A stretch of 60,941 nucleotides of DNA, from the NCBI GenBank assembly GCA_043821645.1, contig JBDRCO010000020.1, forward strand, positions 1 through 60,941. The letters run 5' to 3'. Numbering within the stretch: position 1 is the stretch's first letter; every line of letters begins with the position of its first letter. A model generated the notes under the pieces. That model did not search any database. It was not told the DNA's origin and saw only the letters and a program-made list of their open reading frames with translations. Made by a program: the position numbers and the translations under genes. This document shows, piece by piece, positions 8,951 through 18,254 of the stretch. Source of the stretch: Pseudomonadota bacterium. GTDB taxonomy: Bacteria; Myxococcota; JACRCW01; JAFGSX01.

Positions 8951-10459
8951 TCATTCACCCAGGAACATCACCTGGATCTCATCACCGGGCTGCGGCACCC
9001 ACTGGCCGAAGAACTTGATCCTCGTGTTCTCATCGATGAGGGCGAAGCCACCTTCCGGAGGCTGACCCGTGGTCTCGTCATAGCGTGGCACGTTGTGCCA
9101 CTCGCCATCAGACCAGCGCGGACCCCTCATCTTGACAACGAGCATGCTGGGTTGTGGAGGGACTTCCGGCAGAACGATCACGCCTGTCTCATTGATCAGG
9201 TTGGCGATGGCTATCATCGTGTCCTTGTAGGAGTCCGAGCACAGCGTATCGACCTTGAAGGAATTCATCTGGGTGGCGACCCGAAAATAGCGGTTCGCAC
9301 TGTCAGCCTGGCAACAGTTTGTAGCGGGTTGCTCAACTCCCTGGCAATCCGAGGCTGGAATGTACGGGTGGCAGGTGCACGCGGGGTTGCCATTCACGCA
9401 GGTCGTGCAGGTCTCGATGGACCGCCCCCAGGACTCGTCGCACTGCTCGGAAGGCCCCGTCGAGGTCACCTGGCATCCCGAGGGCTCGAATCCAGACCCG
9501 GTGTCGAAGAGGCCCGCGATCAGGCCAACAGCAACGAGATCCGCACTGCTCTTGCGCGTTTGCAGGAAACGGGCGTAGTGCTGCGTATCCGTCAGCAGAC
9601 CTGGCTGGGTGTAGCACAGACTCGTCGTCCCCTGCTGGGACTCATCGATCGCATTCACGTTGGAACAGTCTTCTTCGTCCGTCAGGTAGATGATCACCAG
9701 CTTCGTCTCGACGAGGTCCCCTGCGGCGTTGACCTCGTTGTCCCGCAAAAAGGCTTCCAGGTCCCCCGAACAATCGCGTTCAAGCCCGCAGGTGCCGGGG
9801 CTGGCAGAACGAGGTGCGACGACACCCTGCGGAGTCAGGAAGTGCTCGGTGGCCATGAGGCCCATTTCGAATGGCGAGCCGGCCGTGCCAATGTTCTGGA
9901 TGATGCTGGCAAACTTGTTCGCCAGATCTGCGGTTTCCCAGGTCAGGACCTTGAGGGTGGGATCGGCAGCACTGGTCTGCAGACAGCCGCGCTGTGGTGT
10001 CGAAGGTCTGGGGGCACCTCCGAAATTGTTATCGCAGTCGTGCATGTCGGTGGTGATGATTCCGATGTGAAAATGATTGTTGAACAGCATCAGCCGCTCG
10101 ATGAAGCCACACTCGGCGAAGGCGGCCTGGATATCCTGGGGCCAGTCCTCCTGGGATTGCTCCGGGTGGTCCTCAACGTGCCGCTGCAACGTCAAGAAAC
10201 CTGAGGCATCGCAGTCATTCGGCGGCGCGAAGGCGGAGGAAGAGGAGGCATTTTTTGCCAGATTTTCCTGTTCCTCTGCCATGGAGCCAGAATTGTCGAC
10301 GACGAACAAGATGTCCGCCGCCCTGTCGATGTCGATCTTCTTCGCCGGTGCCACGACGCGCGTCGTCACGGGAAATACCCTGCGGAAGGTGTGCTCGTTG
10401 CACCCGTTGATGACGACGAGCAGGAGCGCGACACAAGACAGGTGCTTCAACGTGCCCAC
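8951..10459 (-). CDS. VWA-domain Cys-rich lipoprotein, CglB-like
   Basis: AGGAGG RBS and GTG start; lipobox VINGC; MIDAS motif DILFVVDNSGSMAEEQ; 'LTDEEDCS' motif of myxobacterial CglB-like proteins. Confidence 0.8.
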   Translation of the reverse strand: MGTLKHLSCVALLLVVINGCNEHTFRRVFPVTTRVVAPAKKIDIDRAADILFVVDNSGSMAEEQENLAKNASSSSAFAPPNDCDASGFLTLQRHVEDHPEQSQEDWPQDIQAAFAECGFIERLMLFNNHFHIGIITTDMHDCDNNFGGAPRPSTPQRGCLQTSAADPTLKVLTWETADLANKFASIIQNIGTAGSPFEMGLMATEHFLTPQGVVAPRSASPGTCGLERDCSGDLEAFLRDNEVNAAGDLVETKLVIIYLTDEEDCSNVNAIDESQQGTTSLCYTQPGLLTDTQHYARFLQTRKSSADLVAVGLIAGLFDTGSGFEPSGCQVTSTGPSEQCDESWGRSIETCTTCVNGNPACTCHPYIPASDCQGVEQPATNCCQADSANRYFRVATQMNSFKVDTLCSDSYKDTMIAIANLINETGVIVLPEVPPQPSMLVVKMRGPRWSDGEWHNVPRYDETTGQPPEGGFALIDENTRIKFFGQWVPQPGDEIQVMFLGE

Positions 10460-10552
10460 GATTTCCTCCTGCCAATTCGTGAGGTATCGAGACCAAAACA
10501 GCCAGGCATCGACGGGTTCTTTAGAAAACTCAGGGGGTTGCGTGACGGGGGT

Positions 10553-10686
10553 GTGATACCGAAGTATGTTGATTGCTCCGGTTGTGGGGGGGGCAGGCGA
10601 GACTTGTTATCCAGCGTGCGAGGACAAAAAGACTCGCCGGAGAAAGCGGGGTCCCACGATGTGGTCGAATGAACCAGGTTTGGCAT
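10553..10686. repeat. ~130-bp palindromic intergenic element (MITE/REPIN-like), copy 1
   Basis: Nested imperfect inverted repeats (GTGGG...CCCAC; GGCGAGACTT...AAGACTCGCC); 24-bp core TGCGAGGACAAAAAGACTCGCCGG (10617-10640) is identical to 24948-24971. Confidence 0.75.
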
Positions 10687-11204
10687 GGGAGGTTCCACGA
10701 CCTGCCACACCGATCTGAGCAGTGCCTGATGTGGGACGAATGCATAGCCTTCGGCTGAATTCGTTCGCAGGCAGAGCGACCGCAGCAGGGCAGTCGTATT
10801 CGTCGTGGGGAGAGCGGTTTCGGCCAGCAGGTCGCGCCGAAGAGGCTCTGGTGCAAGGGGGTCCAAGACCAGGCGTACAGGCTGCTGGTGGGAGAATTGC
10901 TGTACCAACACGAGTCCCCCGACGGGTAATGGAAGTCATGCCCTCACAAGGATGTGCGGGCTTCGTCTGGCCCCCAGGCATGGCCGCGGACCTCGTCCTT
11001 TTTTATCATTCCCGCCGGGACAGCCGACCTTCATCGATCCGCATCTCCCGACATCTTTTCTTAGGAGCTCGTATTAAAAAGTGGTGGATGCGCAAGTCAG
11101 GTCCGTCGCTGACCTTCGCAGGTGTTCAACTAAAAGGTAGTCAAGATCGATCAACGTGATACTAATCATCGAAGGGTATCCAACAACTTCCGACGGGGTT
11201 TGAC

Positions 11205-11738
11205 ATGCTAGACAGCGCCATGAAGGCCATCGACGCAGCCATCAAGGAGCTTGACGTCGAGAGGAAGAAGATCGAGGGACAGATTTCCTCGCTGCAGGGA
11301 GCCAAGAAGGCTCTGGGTGGTGGTGGTTCCAGCAAGGGGCCGGGTCGCAGGAAGGCGGGCAGGACGGTCAGGAAGACAGCCCGCAAGGCCATCAGGAAGG
11401 CGAAAAGGGCTGAGAAGAAAGCCAAGAGGGCCGGCAAGGGTTGGAGTGCAGCAGCGCGAGCCGCGGCCCGCAAGCGCATGAAGGCTTACTGGGCGGGCCG
11501 GAAGGCTGGTAAGAAGGCAAGCAAAGCGAAGGCCCCCAAGAAGACCGCCAAGAAGGTCGCCAAGAAGACCGGCACGCGCGGTCGGCCCAAGGGTTCGAAG
11601 AATGCTGCCAAGAAGCCGGCGAAGAAGGCCGGCAAACCGGGGCGGCCGAAGGCTGCCGTGAAGGGTGCCCCCGCCGCGGTCAGCAACAAGATGGTGTCCG
11701 CCTGGGAGCAGTACAAGGCCAAGAAGGCCCAAGGCTGA
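11205..11738 (+). CDS. histone H1-like Lys/Ala-rich DNA-binding protein
   Basis: Very K/A-rich; N-terminal coiled coil; AT-hook-like RGRPKG and PGRPK; alternative start 11220. Confidence 0.8.
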   Translation: MLDSAMKAIDAAIKELDVERKKIEGQISSLQGAKKALGGGGSSKGPGRRKAGRTVRKTARKAIRKAKRAEKKAKRAGKGWSAAARAAARKRMKAYWAGRKAGKKASKAKAPKKTAKKVAKKTGTRGRPKGSKNAAKKPAKKAGKPGRPKAAVKGAPAAVSNKMVSAWEQYKAKKAQG

Positions 11739-12153
11739 GAAAAGCTCCCTCCTTGCGCTTGTCGTCCTGTTCTCCCCCTTCCATGCCTGTCGAACATTGC
11801 CCATTCCACCTGGCGCTCGACGTCCAGGGCCCTCGTCGCCCTGGCCTTGCGGGCCAAGCGCAACCGGTCGCGGGCTGGTGGGGAAGCATAAAAAGTCGCC
11901 GGGTCCATCATCCGACATGCCGCATCGAGGCTGCCGGACGGTTCAGTAACACCAAGAAATTCCTGTAAAATATGCCAGATGTCGCCGTCTTCAGGCAGGT
12001 GCCGCCGCCGGAGTGGACTTCTGCACAAGCTCCACGACGAGATCGCGCTCAATGATCATTGGGTGATCCAGAAAAGAAAAGAAAAGTAGCCATGGACAGC
12101 ACTGCCAATGATCGATAGAAAATCCTTGTTTTGTTAACTCAAGGAGCAAGAAA

Positions 12154-12450
12154 ATGCCCACGAAGCAGAAGGTCATGTCGAAGTCCCAGGTCATCAAGCA
12201 CATCGCCGATACCTTCGGAATGCCGAAGGCCATGGCGTCCGATGTCCTCACCGAGCTGTCTGACCTCGCCATCAAGGAAACCAAGACCAACGGCGCCTTC
12301 TCGCTGCCCGGCTTTGGCAAGTTCACCAAGCGCGAGCGCGCTGCCCGCATGGGACGCAACCCGCGGACCGGCGAGCCCGTGCAGATTCCCGCCAAGATCG
12401 TCGTCAAGGCGCGCATGGCCAAGGCCTTCAAGGACGCGGTGATGAAGTAA
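12154..12450 (+). CDS. hup: HU family DNA-binding protein
   Basis: AAGGAG RBS; LPGFGKF...RAARMGRNPRTGEPVQIPAK HU/IHF signature. Confidence 0.95.
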   Translation: MPTKQKVMSKSQVIKHIADTFGMPKAMASDVLTELSDLAIKETKTNGAFSLPGFGKFTKRERAARMGRNPRTGEPVQIPAKIVVKARMAKAFKDAVMK

Positions 12451-12475
12451 GCAGCGACCGGGGGCCTCATCCTAA

Positions 12476-13827
12476 CAGGTTGTTGAAGAACCACCCATGA
12501 AAGCCCTGGCACGCGAGCTGACGCGTCCAGAAACTTCGTCGTGATGAGTATTCCCCGCCCCGCCCGCGTGCTGCTTTGCCATCGAGGGGGCGGGCGAGCC
12601 CCTCGACGGCGACCCTCACGCGAGAGTTGGACCAGGTGGTGCCAGCAGTTTTATCATTCGCACCAGGTTGTACGCCGCTCCGACGATGAACGCATACAAG
12701 CCCGTCCTCGCGACCCCTCGGAAGCGTGTCTTGCGCAGCCCTCCTGTGGTCTTGGCCCAACCAAAGATCTCCTCGACGCGCTTGCGCATGCGCTGGCTGA
12801 TGGCATAGCCCACATGCCGCGTGGTGCGCCCATCCAGCGCCGAGCCGCCCTTGCGTTTGTCGTTGCGCGCGATGTGCGGCGTGATGTGGCGAGAACGCAG
12901 CTCGTCGACGAGGTTGTGCGTGTCGTATCCCTTGTCCGCGCCCAGCGTCGCGCGGCCTGCGCCGGGGATGTTGTTGTCGTCGAGCATCGCGATCGCCGCC
13001 TCGCGCTCGGCCGTGCCGCTCGCCTCGCACACGCGCAGATCGACGAGCAGACCGTTGCGGTTCTCCATCAACGCGTGCGCCGAGAACGCCAGCTTGGCTT
13101 CCTTGCCCTTACCCTTTTTGGCCAGCCGCGCCTGCGGGTCCGTCGTCGACGAATGCGTGGTGTTCGACCGCTTCTCGCCGTGAAAGTCCACCGTCGGGTT
13201 GCCCGGGTCGTCGGGCGGAGTGCGGTCGGTGGGGTCCTGGTCGCGTCGCCGAAAACTCTTCACCGACGCCCACGCCTCGATCAGCGTGCCGTCGACGGTG
13301 AAGTGCTCGGCGCTCATCAGCCCGGACTCGCGGCACTGGCGGACCACCTCGCTGAAAAACTCGCCGGCGGCGTCGTGGTGCAGCAGCCGCTCTCGATTCT
13401 TCGAGAAGGTGCTGTGGTCGAACGCGGGCTGAACCAGGTCCATGCCCAGAAACCACCGAAAAAGGACGTTGTAGTCGAGCTGCTCGCAGAACTGCCGCTC
13501 GCTGCGGATCGAGTACAGCGCCATCAGGAGCGAACCCTTGAGCAACCACTCGGGCGGGATCGACGGCTTGCCGGTGTGGCTGTACATCTCGTCGAACAGC
13601 GGCGCCATGCGTTCCAGGGCCTTGTCGCAGAGCACCCGAATCTTGCGGAGCGGATGGTCCTTGGGGATGCGGTCGGCCGGGTTGATCAGGCACAGCATCT
13701 GCGACTGCCGCTTGTCCTCGCCTCGCATGGTTCCTCCGTCGTCACCGACGGAGCCAAGGATAAGCACGTCGGGATCGCTGTCGATCCCCATCGAGCGGTT
13801 TTTCAAGGGGAGTTCGTCAACAGCCTG
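12476..13827 (-). mobile_element. IS5-family (DUF772-type) insertion sequence, apparently complete
   Basis: Terminal IRs CAGGTTGTTGAAGAAC / CAGGCTGTTGACGAAC (14/16 match); CTAA target duplication at 12472-12475 and 13828-13831; one transposase ORF. Confidence 0.92.
12616..13728 (-). CDS. IS5 family DDE transposase
   Basis: MRGEDKRQ...HPLR...GKPSIPPE...SERQFCEQLDYNVLFRWF; DDE residues in VDGTL, ADKGYD, RKRVEEIFGW; GGAGGA RBS. Confidence 0.95.
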   Translation of the reverse strand: MRGEDKRQSQMLCLINPADRIPKDHPLRKIRVLCDKALERMAPLFDEMYSHTGKPSIPPEWLLKGSLLMALYSIRSERQFCEQLDYNVLFRWFLGMDLVQPAFDHSTFSKNRERLLHHDAAGEFFSEVVRQCRESGLMSAEHFTVDGTLIEAWASVKSFRRRDQDPTDRTPPDDPGNPTVDFHGEKRSNTTHSSTTDPQARLAKKGKGKEAKLAFSAHALMENRNGLLVDLRVCEASGTAEREAAIAMLDDNNIPGAGRATLGADKGYDTHNLVDELRSRHITPHIARNDKRKGGSALDGRTTRHVGYAISQRMRKRVEEIFGWAKTTGGLRKTRFRGVARTGLYAFIVGAAYNLVRMIKLLAPPGPTLA

Positions 13828-14045
13828 CTAAGGGATGGCCCTGCCGCTCACACTCTGCCCGGGGCCTGTGGGCCCTCCTTCCACGCAGCGTCGATGAGAG
13901 CCCAATTGCTGGGACCTGTCGGGAGCCATCCAGGTCATCGGTGGCGACTGCTCCGCCGACGGATTCCTCGATTTTGATGCGCCTCGGCGCAAGCTATAGA
14001 AAATAATGGGGATTCTTTTCTATGCCGGGGAGGCCGAGAAAGATC

Positions 14046-14081
14046 TTGCGAGGCATGTAGCTTTTTGCTACATCTGTAGCA
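14046..14081 (+). promoter_or_regulatory. sigma70-like promoter overlapped by palindromic operators of the TA operon
   Basis: TTGCGA-17 nt-TACATC; inverted repeats ATGTAGC-5-GCTACAT (14055-14073) and TGCTACA-2-TGTAGCA (14066-14081). Confidence 0.6.
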
Positions 14082-14104
14082 GAAAGAACAAAGGAGGCCT
14101 TGCC

Positions 14105-14506
14105 ATGCCGACGTCACATCCCTTGAGGCTGGAAAAGAGCCTGGTGGCGGCAGCAGCGAGGGAAGGTGAGATCTTCAAGCGATCCATCCCACGACAGATC
14201 GAGTACTGGGCCGAGCTAGGCCGCTCCGTCGCTGATCACGTCAATCCCATTGACCTCATCAAGGTCAGGGAAGGACTCGCGACGCTCTCCATAGAGCCCG
14301 TGACGTCTACGCCCGTTCGCTCGACCGAGGTCTTTGGTGAGCTCGAAGGCTTGAGGGAAGCTGGAAAGCTTGCAGGATTGGTGAGCAGCTCGGCCATCCG
14401 ATACCAGGCCAGCACAAAGAATCCTGGCTACCTCGAACAGGTACACCCGGACGGAACGCGGATCGTGGGTCGGTTCTCGTCGGGTAAATTTTCCCAAAAG
14501 AAGTGA
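14105..14506 (+). CDS. ParD-like (RHH) antitoxin
   Basis: AAGGAGG RBS; 'PLRLEKSLVAAA...KRSIPRQIEYWAELGR' ParD-like family signature; directly abuts the toxin-like ATPase. Confidence 0.8.
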   Translation: MPTSHPLRLEKSLVAAAAREGEIFKRSIPRQIEYWAELGRSVADHVNPIDLIKVREGLATLSIEPVTSTPVRSTEVFGELEGLREAGKLAGLVSSSAIRYQASTKNPGYLEQVHPDGTRIVGRFSSGKFSQKK

Positions 14507-15085
14507 ATGACTGAAAAGCAACTATGGGTGCTCGCAGGCGCGAACGGCGCAGGCAAGAGCACATTCTACGATAATTTCCTGGCCCCGAAAGGGCTCAAGT
14601 TCGTCAACGCCGATAGCATCGCCAAGAAACTCGCTCCGGAGGCTCCTGAAGCGTTTTCCTACGAGGCCGCAGCCCGGGCCGAGCTGCTCAGGCGGCAGCT
14701 CCTCGACGACGGGATCTCTTTTTGCTTCGAGACGGTGTTCTCGCATCCGTCCAAGATAGACTTCCTGGCCGAGGCCAAGACCCGAGGCTACGAGGTCGTG
14801 CTCGTGTACATCCACCTGGAGCTGCCCGAGCTGAACGCCGCCCGCGTGGCCCAGCGAGTTCAGCAAGGCGGGCACTCGGTGCCCGAGAAGAAGATCTTCT
14901 CGCGCATTCCGCGGACCATGCAGCACATCAGGTCCGCGCTGCCGCTGGCCGATGAGGTCTACCTGCTTGATAACTCCAGCGCGGTGGAGCCGTACAAGGT
15001 GGTACTGCACTCGAAGGCTGGCAGGATTTCTCAGCTGCCGGCCAAGGTGCCGGATTGGACGCAGCGCCTGATAGGAAAGGGCTAA
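14507..15085 (+). CDS. zeta-toxin-like P-loop ATPase/kinase
   Basis: LAGANGAGKST, FVNAD, SFCFETVFS, RVAQRVQQGGHSVPE motifs. Confidence 0.88.
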   Translation: MTEKQLWVLAGANGAGKSTFYDNFLAPKGLKFVNADSIAKKLAPEAPEAFSYEAAARAELLRRQLLDDGISFCFETVFSHPSKIDFLAEAKTRGYEVVLVYIHLELPELNAARVAQRVQQGGHSVPEKKIFSRIPRTMQHIRSALPLADEVYLLDNSSAVEPYKVVLHSKAGRISQLPAKVPDWTQRLIGKG

Positions 15086-15494
15086 CGAAGGACAAGGGAG
15101 GGGACTGGAACGCGCAAACACATGTTCCGGACCTCTCATTGCACAAGACATCGCGGTCAAGTGGACAACTTGTTGTGCGTGACATCTCAAATTTGGACGT
15201 TTTTGATTGTAGTAGGAAGTGCCAGCCCCCCCCTTTCAACCACGGTCCCGTTGGTGAAGCCGCACGACGAGGAAGCAGGGCTCCGGGTTGCTTCCCCGCA
15301 GCACTGCGCCGCGCTGTTCTCGAGGTCACAGATGGGTTGTTGCGGCCGCCGACGAGCCCCAAGACAGCGCTACCCAAAATCCTGAGCTTCTGTAGGATGT
15401 GCCGACCAGCACTGAAAGTGTTCGCGATGCGTGCTCGGGTGGGGCCATCCCCGCCTGGATATTGGACACCAACTCCAACTCAAGGAGCCCCCTG

Positions 15495-16424
15495 ATGAGA
15501 AAAGCGCGACGTTCTTGCTCACTGGCACTGGCATTGACCTTTGGCCTGGTCTCGACGGCCTGCGACCTGCGCGAGCTGTTTGGCGACGACGACGACGATG
15601 AGGCCCTGGTCGTCAATGTGACGCATTATGTGGGGGAGGACGGGATACAGCTGCTGGGTGTGCTCCCCGGAGAAGCCAAGGAGTTCACCACCGCATGCGA
15701 TCGACTCATTGAATTCAGCGTCAACAATGGGCTCGGCGCGACCAAGATCGAACTGGTCAGAACATTCGGCGGCGTAGAAACCGTGTGCGAGATACTCGAC
15801 GCGGACGGCGCCGTGAGGTCCACCTTTCACGACTGGCCAGCGTCTTCGACGATCTACAACATCAGGGTGGAGATGCCCGATGGCACCGTGGAGTTTGGCC
15901 CCTTCGACGTCACCGTCGAGGCCAAGGACGAGGTCGTGGTCGGCTACGACGTCAACATGGGGACACAGGCCCCCGACGGCACGTGCCCGCATTGCTTCTT
16001 CACCAGCCGCGGCTGGGGCGGCGGCTGGGTGGTCCCCAACTACGCCAGCTTCCAGGCGCAGTACATGCCCAGGCTGATCGACTTCGCCACGGTGATGGAG
16101 AGCGGCCAGCTCAAGGCCATCTCCCCGGACCAGATCCAGCAGACCGAGACCACCTTCCAGGAACTGGCCCACGACTGCGGCTACACCACGACCACCTTCG
16201 CGGCCTACACCGGCAGCCTCGACCCCGAGACGGCGGACCTCACCCTGGCCGAGGTCAACGCCCTTCCCGACCCGCCCGCCACGACCACCAGCATCAACCT
16301 CAGCAGCGATTTCATGTTTGTTTACCTGACGGGCGAAGGGAAAAAGGGCCTGGTCAAGGTGAAGAATGTGGTCGAGAGCAACGGCGCTGCAGGCTTCGGT
16401 CTCACCTACTCGGTGGGCAGGTAG
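15495..16424 (+). CDS. hypothetical lipoprotein
   Basis: AAGGAG RBS; signal peptide ending LVSTAC; codon bias typical of coding DNA. Confidence 0.8.
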   Translation: MRKARRSCSLALALTFGLVSTACDLRELFGDDDDDEALVVNVTHYVGEDGIQLLGVLPGEAKEFTTACDRLIEFSVNNGLGATKIELVRTFGGVETVCEILDADGAVRSTFHDWPASSTIYNIRVEMPDGTVEFGPFDVTVEAKDEVVVGYDVNMGTQAPDGTCPHCFFTSRGWGGGWVVPNYASFQAQYMPRLIDFATVMESGQLKAISPDQIQQTETTFQELAHDCGYTTTTFAAYTGSLDPETADLTLAEVNALPDPPATTTSINLSSDFMFVYLTGEGKKGLVKVKNVVESNGAAGFGLTYSVGR

Positions 16425-16750
16425 TCGAGCGCATGTTCCTTCTTGAACAGCCCTCCGCCTCTCTCGCCGGTGCGGTCAGGACCTGAACACCCCTCAGGCG
16501 CTGGTCGCTTGGTACGGCGTGCGCGACCGGCCCCACCGAACGGCAGGCCCATTGGGCCCGAGACAGGAGCACCGCTCGTAGCCAGCGGTCTGGGTTTGGG
16601 AGCCTGCTTGGGCTCGAAGGGAGGGGCGACGCTTCGCGCCTTCCGACGACACGGGGCCGGCGGTGGGCGTGGGAGGGCTGGTGTACGTGTCCGGAAGGGG
16701 GCTGCTGCCCCAGTCAGAGCAGGCGCGCGCTCGGAGCGATTCCTCGAATC

Positions 16751-17182
16751 CTACAAGGTCTGCGTACTGCGCTCCTCCTGCTGGAGAACGCGCTGCAGAG
16801 CCGTCTCGAAGGTGGCGCGATCCCTGTGCAGGTGGATCTTGTTCTTGAGGACGATGTTGGCAACCTCGACGCCAAGGGCCACCTCGACGGAGTGGACCAG
16901 GATGTGGGTGGACAGGAACTTGTTGCGGTTTTCGAAGACGTCCCTGGTCATCTCGACGCGACTCATCAGGTCGTATCCCGTGACGGCTTCCCAGTCGTTG
17001 AAGGTGTGGACCTTCACGCCCTCTTCGATCAGGCGGTCGGCGACGGTCATGAGCAGCCTGGCGACTTCAACGGAAAGATGACCCCGGACGACGAACTGGA
17101 GGACGTTCGTCCCGTAGGCCCGGATGGTGGCGGTGGACTCGCCGACCTCGTGCTGCTGTTCCTGAGATGGTGCCTGCATCAT
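16751..17182 (-). CDS. hypothetical protein (STAS/SEC14-like small myxobacterial domain)
   Basis: 'VRGHLSVEVA...VHTFNDWEAVTGYD...HILVHS' pattern resembles myxobacterial STAS/SEC14-like proteins. Confidence 0.65.
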   Translation of the reverse strand: MMQAPSQEQQHEVGESTATIRAYGTNVLQFVVRGHLSVEVARLLMTVADRLIEEGVKVHTFNDWEAVTGYDLMSRVEMTRDVFENRNKFLSTHILVHSVEVALGVEVANIVLKNKIHLHRDRATFETALQRVLQQEERSTQTL

Positions 17183-17415
17183 TCCCCCCAGAATATGTGG
17201 GCTGATGCCGCCGGTTCGATGGAAGCTCCCCGCCCGAACGATGGCAGATCTGTCCTGGTCGTGGAAGCCTCGATGCTGCCCATCAAGGCCCGCCTGCTGT
17301 TCGTTCGGTATTTTCGAATTCCCGCACCTTGTTCTCGCAGTTGTCCAGTATGACTTTCAGTTGACCTCAACACTTCATCTCGGGATGGCTCCAAAAGACA
17401 TGTTCACCGGTCACC

Positions 17416-17480
17416 TGGCCTTGCCCCGATTCGGTGGACACCTCATACAAGGAGTTCATCACGGGAAGATCGCCCAGGCG
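17416..17480 (+). mobile_element. possible IS3-family left-end remnant
   Basis: TGGCCTTGCCCCGATTCGGTGGACACC resembles IS3 IRL (TG...GCCCC...GTGGACA), followed by AAGGAG and ACG-GGA-AGA-TCG-CCC-AGG-CGG (possibly a decayed OrfA start); no transposase follows. Confidence 0.35.
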
Positions 17481-18159
17481 GGGCAAACCCAGGGGTCTCT
17501 GTCTCACACTTCAGACGGCTGGCTGGCGTCGCGTCCGCAGGCGAGCGGAGCGTGCAGTCCCGGGTGAAGCGCAGCGTGAGGTCGCTGCCATTGACGTCGA
17601 AGCGATAACCCTCGCTGTCGTAGTGAATGATCGCCACCCCGTCGGCGGGCGCGCCCTGGGCACGGGCGAGCTTTTACAGCGCCCCCAGTGAGCACGCCGG
17701 TGGCGGTGCGGTGGTGACCGCGGGTGCCGAGAGCACCTGCGGCGTGCGTTCCATGCCGAGATGGCGCCAGGTGTTGTGCTTGCCGGTAGAGCTCGACGCG
17801 CTGATCAACCGGGGGGTGATCACGCTGACTGCGGTCTCGATGCGGTCGCCCACCTTGAAACCCGAACCGGGGGCCCGCGCGCCTTGAGCCGCAACGTCCT
17901 CGGCGCTGGCGCGGGTCACGAAGCGCAGAAGGATCGTGGGAAGGTAGTCGGCGCCAAGGTCCAGGGTGCCGTCGCTGCGGACAAAGCGGGCGTCCATGGC
18001 AATGAGCTGCGCCTCGGGACCAGCGAAGCGGGCCATGGCGGCGTAGCTGGCCACCGGGTCGAAGCGGCTCAGGTCTCCAGGGGCAGCCGCGGTGTTTGGC
18101 ATGGGGCCCGGGCAGGCGCACAGACCCAGGGCGACGGCAAGCGGCAGCAGAACTCTCAA
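17443..18159 (-). pseudogene. lipoprotein gene interrupted by an in-frame TAA
   Basis: TTG start with AAGGAG RBS, lipobox LGLCAC; stop at 17674-17676, and the same frame continues KLARAQGAPADGVAIIHYDSEGYRFDV... Confidence 0.6.
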
Positions 18160-18231
18160 GCAGGACTCCTTGGCTGCAACATCGCACCGCTGTCGTCGAG
18201 CACAGAGATGCTCAGTGTCACAGCCAGGACG

Positions 18232-18254
18232 AGCCCCAGGCTGAGGGCTTTTTT
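18232..18254. terminator. possible intrinsic terminator hairpin
   Basis: AGCCC-8 nt-GGGCT followed by a T run; lies ~120 bp downstream of the 18372 gene, but the T-tract is on the + strand. Confidence 0.3.

Noticed and set aside
15120-15215. Lower-GC segment with GACATC...TGGAC repeated, possible IS end
   Set aside because: No partner inverted repeat or transposase identified.
17461-17530. c-di-GMP-I riboswitch (GCAAACCC...GGTCT...AGACGGCTGG)
   Set aside because: No proper P1 with GNRA loop and no + strand gene downstream.
17674-17676. Stop-codon recoding (Sec/Pyl) at the internal stop
   Set aside because: The codon is TAA, not TGA or TAG, and TAA is used as a real stop elsewhere (hup, glmU).
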